Source: Octopus sinensis
Lineage: Eukaryota
NCBI RefSeq assembly: GCF_006345805.1
Contig: NW_021832179.1
Coordinates: forward strand, 1-31,660
Length of the DNA stretch: 31,660 bases
Direction: 5' to 3'
Part shown: one piece after another, positions 1 to 10,109 of the stretch
How the letters are laid out: each line of letters opens with the position of its first letter
How positions within the stretch are numbered: position 1 is the stretch's first letter
The notes under the pieces: generated by a model
What the model saw: only the letters and a program-made list of their open reading frames with translations
Databases searched by the model: none
Told to the model about the DNA's origin: nothing
Translations under genes and position numbers: made by a program

Positions 1-197
1 ACCGTATAAAAGATACTCTCTTCGCTGTTCCTTACACATCGGAGACGGCAGATTGTTGTGTAGGTGTGTGACAAGCATTTACATGTCACTGACAAGGCCC
101 CAACAAGGCCGGAAGGCGTCTGATGTCCTCTGGAATCGCTATTGGAATGATGTTCGTCTCGCTCCAATATATATATACATACATATATATATATATA

Positions 198-246
<49 letters not shown>

Positions 247-247
<1 letters not shown>

Positions 248-444
248 GTTAATCCAAACATGAAAACACAAAGAGAAAACACAACACGAGGACGTGGAAC
301 AAATATAGTATTATTGGACGCTCAGGAAGGAAGCGAAGAAGGAGGGTTTGACGTTTCGAGCGGAGCTCTTCGTCGGAAACATAGGAGAAGAAAAGATCCA
401 GAGAAGGGAAGACAGGAAAAAAAATCGCCAACGGTACACACGCG
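247..444 (-). mobile_element. Penelope-like pseudo-LTR fragment carrying a minimal hammerhead motif (copy 1)
   Basis: Closely similar to 18151-18350. The minus strand reads gttt CCGACGA a gagc-tcc-gctc GAAA CG TC aaac at 346-380, the minimal type-I hammerhead layout typical of Penelope-like elements. It is flanked by (TA)n. Confidence 0.7.
346..380 (-). ncRNA. Minimal type-I hammerhead ribozyme motif (core U4>C variant)
   Basis: Stem I gttt/aaac, core CCGACGA, stem II gagc/gctc, GAAA, palindromic ACGT stem III, cleavage triplet GUC. Confidence 0.6.
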
Positions 445-449
445 ATATA

Positions 450-487
<38 letters not shown>

Positions 488-800
488 GTGTTTTAACAGA
501 ATATCTCTATGACGAGATTATCTCCCTGACAACAACAGTAGCACCTTGTCTTTCATTGGTATATATACTGACATAAGTGTGTGTGCGCGCGCGTGTACAT
601 ACATACATACTATATATATTCATATATATTTATATATAAGCAGAAACACACACATGTATGCTTGTTTATGTGTATGATATGTGTATACACACACGCACGT
701 GCGCGCGCGCACACATACACACACATATATAGCCGCCATGATTGACCGTTAGCTCAAAAAGATTTTTTATTCTCTCTGTTTAATTCCTCGTATTCCTTTC

Positions 801-1015
801 TTACTTTTTTACTGCCCACAAGGGGCTACGCACAGAGGGGACAAACAAGGACAGAAAAAACGGATTAAGTCGATTATGTCGACCCCAGTGCGTAACAGGT
901 ATTTATTTAATCGACCCCGAAAGGATGAAAGGCATTTGAACTCAGAACGTAGCGGCAGACGAAATACCGCTAAGCATTTCGCCCGGCGTGCTAACGATTC
1001 TGCCAGTTCGCCGCT
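801..1015 (-). mobile_element. tRNA-derived SINE (family A: ggcgagctggcagaatcgttagc head), with internal deletion and 14-bp TSD
   Basis: Matches the copies at 5568-5789 and 13626-13840. It is flanked by ctcgtattcctttc (787-800) and ctcgtgttcctttc (1016-1029). Confidence 0.9.
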
Positions 1016-1150
1016 CTCGTGTTCCTTTCTGTTAAAGAGCGTACGCTCGAAACGTAAAAGATTTTCTCACGTTCCCGAGCGTTAAACTAATACACCTGCT
1101 TGTTGTTTATACACCTGTCTTCGTCTTTTGTTTTACTGCAAATTTCAACT
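1016..1150 (+). mobile_element. Penelope-like pseudo-LTR fragment (second family) with degenerate hammerhead; its 5' part at ~740-800 is split off by the SINE
   Basis: Reads cttt CTGTTAA a gagcg-ta-cgctc GAAA CG TA aaag at 1025-1060. A homologous motif lies at 22206-22243. Confidence 0.65.
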
Positions 1151-1167
1151 ATGCATACATACATACA

Positions 1168-1242
<75 letters not shown>

Positions 1243-1268
1243 ATATACACATACATATATGTATATAT

Positions 1269-1662
1269 AGCTTTCTTACCAACCACATGGTTCCGGGTTC
1301 AGTCCCACTGCGTGGCATCTTGGGCAAGTGTCTTCTGCTATAGCCTCGGCCCTACTAAAGCCTTGTGAATGGATTTGGTAGACGAAAACTGAAAGAAGCC
1401 CGTCGTATATATATATACATATATATGTATGTGTCTGTGTGTGTTTGCGTGTCTGTGTTTGTCCCCCCAACATCACTTGACAACCGATGCTTGTGTGTTT
1501 ACGTCCCCGTAACTTAGCAGTTCGACAAAAGGGACCGATAGAATAGGTACTAAGCTTACAAAGAATAAGTCCTGGGGTCGATTTGTTCAACTAAAAGCGG
1601 TGCTCCAGCATGGCCGCAGTCAAATGACTGAAACAAATGAAGGAATACAAGAATTAAAGAAT
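1269..1662 (+). mobile_element. tRNA-derived SINE (family B: ...accacatggttccgggttcagtccc...), 5'-truncated, with internal microsatellite
   Basis: Has a B-box-like ggttcagtccc and is near-identical to 6074-6493 (-) and 25404-25869 (+). Confidence 0.9.
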
Positions 1663-2214
1663 ATACGCGTATGTGCGCGCGCATACAAACACACCTGACC
1701 GCCACCGCAACCACTGCCCCTCCCCCACCAATTCTCCTCCTTCCCGCCACATCCCCGTTTAATTCGCACTTCCTGGTCATGCGGTCAAGCCGTTGGTTGA
1801 TCAAGCTACAACTAAAGAAACAAAAACAAAACCCAAAGGATCAACTGGAATCAACCAAGGCGACTTCCTCCGGACCATTGTACATATTTACACATATGTC
1901 CAGCATACTGATGAACCACCCGCCCACCCACCCACCTACCGTTCGTCCACCCCACCCCCGTATTCCCCCATCCCCCACTTCACCTGGTCTCATGAACAAT
2001 ATCGCAACCTGAGAGTCCTTGACAGTGGTCGTTATTATTTTTAGCAAGATCACAAGACTTTTGCGTCTTTTGTTAATCCGATGCTCTTGTCCATTGTGTG
2101 TGTGCGGGGGTGGGTGGGGGTGGGGGATTTATATAAACACACAAAATGGGAATCTGGCCGACACCCGCACCCTCCCCTTCTCTTAACACTTCTCTTCAGT
2201 TTCTTTACCAGCAC

Positions 2215-2309
2215 CTTCTTCTTCTTCTTCTTCTTCTTCTTCTTCTTCTTCTTCTTCTTCTTCTTCTTCTTCTTCTTCTTCTTCTTCTTCTTCTTCTTCT
2301 TCTTCTTCT
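2215..2309. repeat. (CTT)n microsatellite
   Basis: About 31 perfect CTT units; the source of the poly-F, poly-L and poly-E ORFs. Confidence 0.98.
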
Positions 2310-2719
2310 CTTCCTCCTCCTCTCCTTCTTTCTTCCTTCACTTCTTCTTTCTCTTCTTTCTCCACTTATCTACACCCTTTTCGTCCTGGGTTCTGCCATG
2401 CCGTGTGATTTGAGGTTTTGTGCATGCGAGCGTGTCTCTGTGTGTGTGTGTGTGTGTGTAACGTGAAAGCATACACATACTCGCAGACTCACACGAACAC
2501 ACACACACATATACATACGTATAGGTATGCAAATAGGTTATGTACATAGCCATACGCGCACCACGCGCACATATATGCGTAACAGACCAAAACTTCGGAG
2601 TCACTGTCCACACTTCTCTTGTAAAAATTTTCTACAAAAAGAGTAGTTCTTCAGTTAAAATGCAACATTTTTTTATCGCAATTCATCATAAATACAAACA
2701 TTAATGTAATTTTTATACG

Positions 2720-2946
<227 letters not shown>

Positions 2947-3667
2947 AAGTTTCTTTATTGGCCACACAGGGCTGCACACAGATGGGACAAGTTACAAGGT
3001 AGAGCTTTTCTTTTGGGGGATGAAAAAACAAAAAACAAAAAACAAAAGAAACAAAAAAAAGGTGGCGTAGGTTTTCGATCAAAAGGAATCGTAAAAGGGA
3101 AAAAAGAACAAAAAAAAAGGAAAAAAAAAAAGGAAAAGGAACAAAAGAAAAGAAAAATGAAAAAAGAAGAAAAAAGAAGAAAAAAGAGGAAAAAAGGGGA
3201 AGAGGGAAAAATACGATCAATAGGGATCGTGTATCACAGTATCATGATGTATGGTGTAAAGAGGAAAGCAAGTAAGGTTTATCCGTGGGAAGAAAAGCCT
3301 ACGAAAAAGACCACGGTAACCTTGGTCAATATTGTTATATGTTACCACATTTGTTTGCAAGTGGGTAACCCTCTGTTTTCAATTTCTGGGTTCATAGGAT
3401 TATGCTCAAGGTGGCTTCGTCATTCATACGTGCCATCCTTGCTACATTCACCCATCTTTTTTTAAAACATTCGCTAGACAAAACTTGCCTCTCTACTCTC
3501 ACTTTCCTTTTCAAGTGGTACTTGAAGAAATTGATGAGAGGTTGACCAGAGAGGAAAGTGTTTGTCTCCAATCCTTTCAGACGCGTCCACCAGATACATT
3601 CTTTCGCCATAGCCACAAGGATGATGAAAATAGCTCTTCCTTCCCGTTTGAAGGAAGGAGGCGTGAC
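2947..3667 (-). mobile_element. 5'-truncated L1/Tx1-clade LINE: ORF2 C-terminus (3392-3667) plus 3' UTR
   Basis: The peptide IILVAMAKECIWWTRLKG...LINFFKYHLKRKVRVE...FKKRW resembles Tx1/L1 ORF2 C-termini. The 3' end has AATAAA, and (GATA)n lies on both flanks. Confidence 0.7.
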
Positions 3668-3761
3668 AGATAGATAGATAGATAGATACGTACAAACATA
3701 CATACACACATTCTCTCTTTCTCTCACTTTCACACACCACACACACACACACACACATATT

Positions 3762-3890
3762 GATGGGTTTCTTTCAGTTTCCGTCTGCCAAATCCATTCG
3801 GAAGGCTTTGGTTGTTCCGAGGCTATAATAGGAGACATATACCCAGAACCACGTGGCTGGGAAGCAGACTTCTTACCCCATAGCTACGCC
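3762..3890 (-). mobile_element. SINE family B 5' fragment, degenerate
   Basis: The segment ttctttcagtttccgtctgccaaatcc...gaaccacgtggctgggaagc matches the family B head. Confidence 0.8.
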
Positions 3891-4443
3891 TCAGATTTAG
3901 ATTATTGGATTAAATACAAAAAGTGTCAAAACAAAACGAGATCAATGGAAGCAATGTAACCAAAACTGGAAAGAAATCATTTCTTTGTATTTAATGGAAA
4001 CTTAGATTGCAACATGGCGGATTTGGAAGAGCGGAGGACTCCTAGAAGACCATCGGTCAGGATCACCAAGTTCTATCTAGAGAGTTATTGCAATGCATCA
4101 ATATATGTGTGGCGTCCAGGGTTGTGCAATCAGCTAATGAAAGATACATTATGAAACACGATTTCACAACAAAATCCGGTTAAAATACATAAAACAGACG
4201 ATAAAACATTATAAGTTCATTAACTAAAATTCTTGGGTAATATTTACTGAAATTATGTGAGTTTAGATATTTTTAATGAATTGTGCAATACATTATTGAT
4301 GTGTGAAGCCATTTGTGGATACATAACGCTGCAGGTGTCCAAGACGCACAGACCGACGCTCAGTCGTGAAACCACGCAATAAAACATTGCAACACTGAAA
4401 TGATAAATAAATAAATAAATGCTATAGAGAAAGTTGATAACCA

Positions 4444-5100
4444 AAAATGCGAATAAAACTCGAAGAACCTAGTTCAGAATTGGTAATGAAAGTTTCATTC
4501 CTTAACTGACAACTTCCAACTCAATACCCAAAATTAATTGAATTCTTCCACTTGGATTCTTCGCAGGAATTTTACATTGTCAAACAAAAGCAACAGGTCA
4601 ATTATCAACAGTAACCAATAATGAGGTAATAATCTTTAAGTAACACACCCACCCACCGCCACCAGGCTCCACCCTACCCTATCCATACAGTGACGCTTGC
4701 CCTTTTATTCAATTAATTAAACCCCTGGGAATGTCTCAATTTAAATATCTAATTATTATTTTTTCCTCTCGGATGATCCCATTGGTTCCCCGAAAAGCGA
4801 AAAAAAAAAAAAGAAAAAAGGAGTGCAGGTCATTCTTTTCTCCTTAAAGATCTGCTCGACCAGAACTTACTTACTTACATGGTGGCAACACATCAACGAT
4901 AGCGCCCCCTGTACAAGTATTTCGTGGGGAGGTAAATCATAATGGAAGGAGCAGTGATAGATCGGCGGGGAAATAAGGAGTTTTTCTCCACAATTTAATT
5001 AAAAGCTAATCACTTCTGATTTAAACAAATACCTTTAAAATCTTTATTCTGAAGACAATTATTATAAAAAACACGAATAACATTACATACTTATGTCTGT
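4444..5100 (-). repeat. Left arm of a long, diverged inverted repeat
   Basis: The reverse complement aligns collinearly with 6636-7236. A 36-bp block is identical (4736-4771 vs 6932-6967) and a 34-bp block matches at 32/34 (4886-4919 vs 6814-6847). Confidence 0.92.
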
Positions 5101-5104
5101 GGTT

Positions 5105-5330
5105 TATTATCCTAATCTCCACGAAATTATCTTAATCTCTACTAAGATATATCATATCGTAATAATCACTAAGTATAACCGTTACAAATTGTCATAATCT
5201 CCACTAAATTATCTTAATCTCTTATAAGATATATCACAAATTATCATATTCTCCTCTAAGTTATCGTAATATTTACTAAGATACATCACAACCTCTGCTA
5301 AATATAATCTTTACAAGTTGTCATAATCTT
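5105..5330. repeat. Degenerate ~20-bp minisatellite (ttatcataatctccactaaa-like)
   Basis: Recurrent units such as ttatcctaatctccacgaaa, ttatcttaatctctactaag and ttgtcataatctccactaaa. Confidence 0.75.
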
Positions 5331-5402
5331 CGCAGTTGCATTCTTCATTAAATTAACATGGCCGACACCAATTTCTTGTAATCTTCACATTATCGTAATA
5401 TA

Positions 5403-5567
5403 GATTTCGAATTTTGGCACAAGGCCAGCAATCTCGGGGGGAGCGGTAAGTAGATCACATCGACCCCAGTGCTTAACTGGTACCTATTTTATCGACTTCG
5501 AAAGGATGAAAGATAAAGTCGACCTCGGTGTAGTTTGAACTCATAACGTAGCGGCAGACGAAATACC
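5403..5567 (-). mobile_element. SINE family A (ggccttgtgccaaaatt tail), 5'-incomplete
   Basis: Contains the core atcgaccccagtg...gaaaggatgaaag..aaagtcgacctcgg. Confidence 0.85.
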
Positions 5568-5789
5568 AATTTCTTTACTACCCACAAGGGGCCAAACACA
5601 GAGAGGACAAATAAGGACAGACAAACGGATTAAGTCGATTATATCGACCCCAGTGCGTAACTGGTATTATTTAATCGACCCCAAAAGGATGATGAAAGGC
5701 AAGTCGACCTCGCGAATTTGAACTCAGAACAGTAACGGCAGACTAAATAGCGCTAAGCATTTCGCCCAGCGTACTAACGATTCTGCCAG
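5568..5789 (-). mobile_element. SINE family A with Tx1-like 3' tail
   Basis: Full body similar to 801-1015. Confidence 0.9.
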
Positions 5790-5927
5790 CGTCTCTTATT
5801 GTTCTTAGGCGACATATCAGACCCGCTGGCCGGGGGCACATAACTTCTCTACTAATGAGGTTATGTTAAGAGTTTATTTGTCATCGGCCAACGAGTCTGG
5901 TTTGTCGTCTAAGAACAATAATAGACG
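5790..5927. repeat. 138-bp hairpin or MITE-like inverted repeat (43-bp arms)
   Basis: 5790-5832 matches the reverse complement of 5885-5927 at 37/43, and there is additional inner pairing. Confidence 0.85.
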
Positions 5928-6073
5928 TAAAAAAGAGAAACAATGACCACTTTCTGACCGGCCATAACCAACAACTACATATAGCACGCACACACACACA
6001 CACACACACACATACACACACACATACACAAGCAAACACACACATACAGGTATATATATTTGTGTGTGCGCAT

Positions 6074-6493
6074 ACTCTTTCTTTTACTCTTTTCAGTCAT
6101 TTGACTGCGGCCATGCTGGAGCACCGCCTTTAGTCGAGCAAATCGACCCCGGGACTTATTCTTTGTAAGCCCAGTACTTATTCTATCGGTCTCTTTTGGC
6201 GAACCGCTAAGTGACGGGGACGTAAACACACCAGCATCGGTTGTCAAGCAATGCTAGGGGGACAAACGCAGACACACAAACACACACACATACATATATA
6301 TATATTATATAATATATATATATAACATAATACGACAGGCTTCTTTCAGTTTCCGTCTACCAAATCCACTCACAAGGCATTGGTCGGCCCGGGGCTATAG
6401 CAGAAGACACTTGCCAAGATGCCACGCAGTGGGATGAACCCGGAACCATGTGGTTGGTTAGCAAGCTACTTACGACACAGCCACTCCTGCGCC
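6074..6493 (-). mobile_element. Full-length SINE family B
   Basis: Head ggcgcaggagtggctgtgtcgtaagtagc with A/B-box-like motifs; tail gactgaaaagagtaaaag. Confidence 0.92.
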
Positions 6494-6635
6494 TACACGT
6501 TCAAATATATATTTGTATTCATACATACATACTTATATACATACAAACACGTGTGTGTGTGTTGTGTATGTGTGTCTAAAACATTAAGCAGCAATTATTT
6601 TCGCATAAACAGGTAAAGTTATCAATGGATTTCGC

Positions 6636-7236
6636 CAGAGATTTATAAAGTAATTCTATTAGTGTTTTTGTAATAATTGTCTTCAGAATTAGACTTAACG
6701 AAATTTGTTTCAGTCAGAAGAGGTTAGCTTTTTAATTAAAATGCTGGGAGAAAATATTTATTTTACTGATGTACCACTGTTCTTTACATAATGATTCCCC
6801 CCGCAGCCTGAACTACTTGTATAGGGGGCGCTATCGTTGCTGTGTTGTTAGGAAATAAGTTCTGGCCGAGCAGATTTTTAAGAAGAAAGAGTGATCGCAT
6901 ATTTTGCCGTTCAGAAAGCAACAGGATCGTTCGAGAGGAAAAAATAATAATTAGATATTTAAATTGAAATATTCCCAAGAGTTTAATTGACTAAATAAAA
7001 GGTTAAAATGTCGTATGGCGAGCGAAAAGCGGAGGCATTTAAAGACTATTATTTAAATAGTTGTTAATCTTCTTTGCTCTTCGTAATTGACCAGTAGTCT
7101 CTGTTAAACAATATAAAATTCCTGCCGGGAATCCAAGTGGAAGAGTTCAATTAATTTGAGGCTACTGAGATGTCAATTGAAGAATGAGAGTTCCGTACCA
7201 TTTCTGACAGAGTTCTTATGGTTCTATTCGCATTTT
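6636..7236 (+). repeat. Right arm of the long, diverged inverted repeat
   Basis: Aligns collinearly with the reverse complement of 4444-5100. Confidence 0.92.
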
Positions 7237-7407
7237 ACCCCCAAGTTGTTTCATGGTGACTTGTCAAGGGAATCACTGGGGGTTTATTTAATCATCACTT
7301 TCCCTTCAGTTTCAAAACTTATGTCTATGTCACAAATCCTCCTCCTCCTCATCACCACCACCACCACCACCACCACCACCATTATTATTGTTGTTGTTTT
7401 TGTTGTT

Positions 7408-7552
7408 GGCGAAATGGCAGAATCATTAGCATGCCGAACGAAATGCTTAGCGATATTTCGTCCGTCTTCATGTTCTGAGTTCAAATTCCGCCAAGGTCGA
7501 CTTTACCTATCATCCTTTCAGGGTCCTCAGGCCTTGTGCCTATAGTAGAAAA
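7408..7552 (+). mobile_element. SINE family A, internally deleted, ending in (TAT)n
   Basis: Reads ggcgaaatggcagaatcattagc...gagttcaaattccgcc...ggccttgtgcctatagtagaaaa. Confidence 0.85.
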
Positions 7553-7625
<73 letters not shown>

Positions 7626-7626
<1 letters not shown>

Positions 7627-8780
7627 TATGTTTGACTTTTGCTTTATGTCTGTACAAGTTGGCTCCAAGTCTCACCCAGAGACCTCAAGAGACAACAGGT
7701 TAGAAGTTCTGTGCCATATATTTGGGGCTTTTTTTTTTTTTTGGTGTTGTACCAGTGAATGTCTAATGCATAAAAATAAAAAATAAACAAAAAAAAAATA
7801 AATAAAAATAAAAAATTTTAAAAAATTAAAAAATTTTTTTTTACCCTTTGGATTACATAGAGAGTATTTTGCGTAGGATATGAGCAGTTCCCATGAGCAC
7901 TATCTTTGAATTTCTGCCATTGGGGTTTCCTGGTATCTGAGTTAGGTAGCAATCAGTCCCTTTCGCTATCATTCCCAGGGCACCTATGACAACAGGTATT
8001 GTTTTGGTCTTCAGCTTCCACATTTTGCTGATTTCTATTTCAAGATCTTTATATTGCTCAGTTTTTGGTGGTCTTGACAGATACGTTTATATCGATTGGG
8101 ACAGTCATATCAATGAGGAGGCATGTTCTTTGTCTGAAGTCTTTCAATATGATGTCTGGCCTATTGCATCTATCTTCCTGTCAGTTGAATGGTGAAGTTC
8201 AGAGGAGTGAGATGTGGTCATTTTCAAGCACAGGAGGTGGATGTGTTCCCACCAGTTTTTTTCATGGGGCAATCCAGGTTTTTGCAAATTACCCAGTGAA
8301 TATATTGTGCTGCTCATACTACTGACCTACTGGGTACTCTGTAGGCGCTAGAAGACTGCATTTCGAGACAACATGGTCAATGGTTTCATTTTGTTGTCGG
8401 CATACACGACATGTTGGGCTACTGCCGTTCTTTAATATGTTGCCTGGTAGTTTCTTGTTGGTAGGCATTGATCTTGGGCTGCTATGATAAACCCCTCTGT
8501 TTCAGATTTTAAACCAGAGGCCATTAGCCATTGATGGGTCAGGGCTTTGTCGATATCTGCATTATTCGCTCTCTTTGGGTATTTGCCATAGAGAGGTTTT
8601 TCTTGCCATTTATTATTCAGAATATCTAAGGCCGCAGTTTTGGCACGGGTTTTCATGCGCTTAGCTTTTTCTGTGCTTGTTTCTTGTATGTCTATCTCTA
8701 ATTCCAAAATTGGTTGTATTCGGAATTCACTTAGATATTCCTTTGCCTGTTTTGTGACTGAGTAAGATGCTTTCTTGTTT
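7626..8780 (-). mobile_element. 5'-truncated R4/Dong-like non-LTR retrotransposon (RLE endonuclease), frameshifted; coding remnant 7853-8780
   Basis: Motifs include KWQEKPLYGKY, ETEGFIIAAQDQCLPTRNY, a CCHC finger CRVCRQQNETIDHVVSKC, RPDII...LIDMTVP (PD-D/E-xK type) and the C-terminus IVLMGTAHILRKILSM*. (TTA)n lies on both flanks. Confidence 0.9.
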
Positions 8781-8831
8781 TTATTATTATTATTATTATT
8801 ATTATTGTTATTCATTATTATATTATTATTA

Positions 8832-8879
<48 letters not shown>

Positions 8880-9469
8880 CCTCATTACTTATTTCTAAGT
8901 AACACGTACTTTACATTGCTCCTTAAATTCCGTGAATATTTATTTTTATTTGTCCCTCGTTTTGTGTCCCCTTTCGGTGTGGAGCCAACGACATCCCTAA
9001 AAAGGCTGATGGGTTTCTTTTGATTGTTTGCTTGTTTTTCAGCCCCTTTGGATTACAATGTAAATTTGAAAACTAATTATCGAAAAATAAGACGACTCTT
9101 TCCTGCATCAATATGGCGTCGATACTGTTGGCAATGAATAAAGTGGAGGTTTAATGAGTCGACTTAATCAGCGGAGGGGACTTTGATGTTTGAAACTCCA
9201 TATTTATTGATTTAATAAGTGGAGATTTCCACCTTCATAATCAACAGTTCTTCAGACAACACCACCACCAACAACAGCAGCCGTTCAAGAATTTGGACCT
9301 GGAGATCTCCATTTCCAGCGACTTCGAGGGCCACCTCCCAGTGGTGTCGGGCGTCAACGAAGAGCCCTCGACCACAACAAGACGACCAAAGTTTTTTTTT
9401 CCAAGGTCTGGGGTCTCCCGCCCCTAAGCCCTAGACCATCACCTAATCAGCCTTACCCGTCTTGTTGCG

Positions 9470-9885
9470 TAACAACAACAACAACAACAACAACAACAAC
9501 GACAACACTATCATCAACACTACCTGTACCGCCACCACTACCACTAACATCAATAGCACCAACAGCACCAACACCACCACAACCACCACCACCACCACCA
9601 CCACCATTACACTACCACCACTACCACCACCACCACCACTACCACTACCACCACCACTACCACCACGATGAGTGATAGTGACAACAACAGCAACAACACC
9701 CTCTCATCGTCAAGAGACAGCATCACCACATCACTGTTCATCAGATAGCACCAACAGCAGCATCATCATCACCGCTACAAGCTCAGTAATGAACAGGCGG
9801 ATATTTGTAGCACCGAACAACAACACCGCCACCACCTTTCCCACTGCGACCGTCCGTTCCATCAGCACCGAGGGCAGCAGCAGCA
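9470..9885. repeat. Low-complexity (CAA)/(CAC)/(CAG) trinucleotide region
   Basis: Directly visible. Confidence 0.9.
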
Positions 9886-10045
9886 TCCCGACTTCCTACG
9901 CAACCGCTGAGCCTGGATGCGCATTCATCCATCCGTCGATGCTCTCGGTGTCGGGGGGTTGGACCTGCTTTCTCTTCTGCGGGTCTTACGAATAGCAAAG
10001 GACCACGTTTCGGACTTCTCCCATCTTGCGAGCCCTGGGCCGATG
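9886..10045 (+). mobile_element. 5'-truncated copy of SINE family C (3' part)
   Basis: Near-identical to 10993-11142. Confidence 0.85.
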
Positions 10046-10109
10046 ACCGTTCGCTCAAAAGCAACAGCAGCTCAACATTAACAGCAGCAGTAGCACTAAC
10101 AGTGAAAGG

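Noticed and set aside
1841-2053. Possible coding exon in complex sequence
   Set aside because: No recognisable protein motif was found, the frame is interrupted by C-rich low complexity, and splice sites are unsupported.
53-2613. ORFs rich in YI/CV/TH or poly-F/L/E (here and at 17324-18601, 25091-25855, 29186-29530, 31131-31522)
   Set aside because: They are translations of (TA)n, (TG)n, (CTT)n and SINE bodies, with no domain signal.
4014-4154. 46-codon ORF with good start context (caacATGG; MADLEERRTPRRPSV...)
   Set aside because: It is short, has no recognisable homology and no convincing splice donor. The context could equally be a YY1-like aacatggcgg motif or chance.
7844-9057. 14-bp direct repeat ccctttggattaca at 7844 and 9044 as a possible TSD
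   Set aside because: The first copy lies inside the Dong-like element at the stop codon/3' UTR, so it does not bracket an insertion.
9462-9995. N/T/P/S-rich ORFs resembling low-complexity transcription-factor regions
   Set aside because: They are trinucleotide low-complexity sequence running into a SINE fragment, with no DNA-binding domain.
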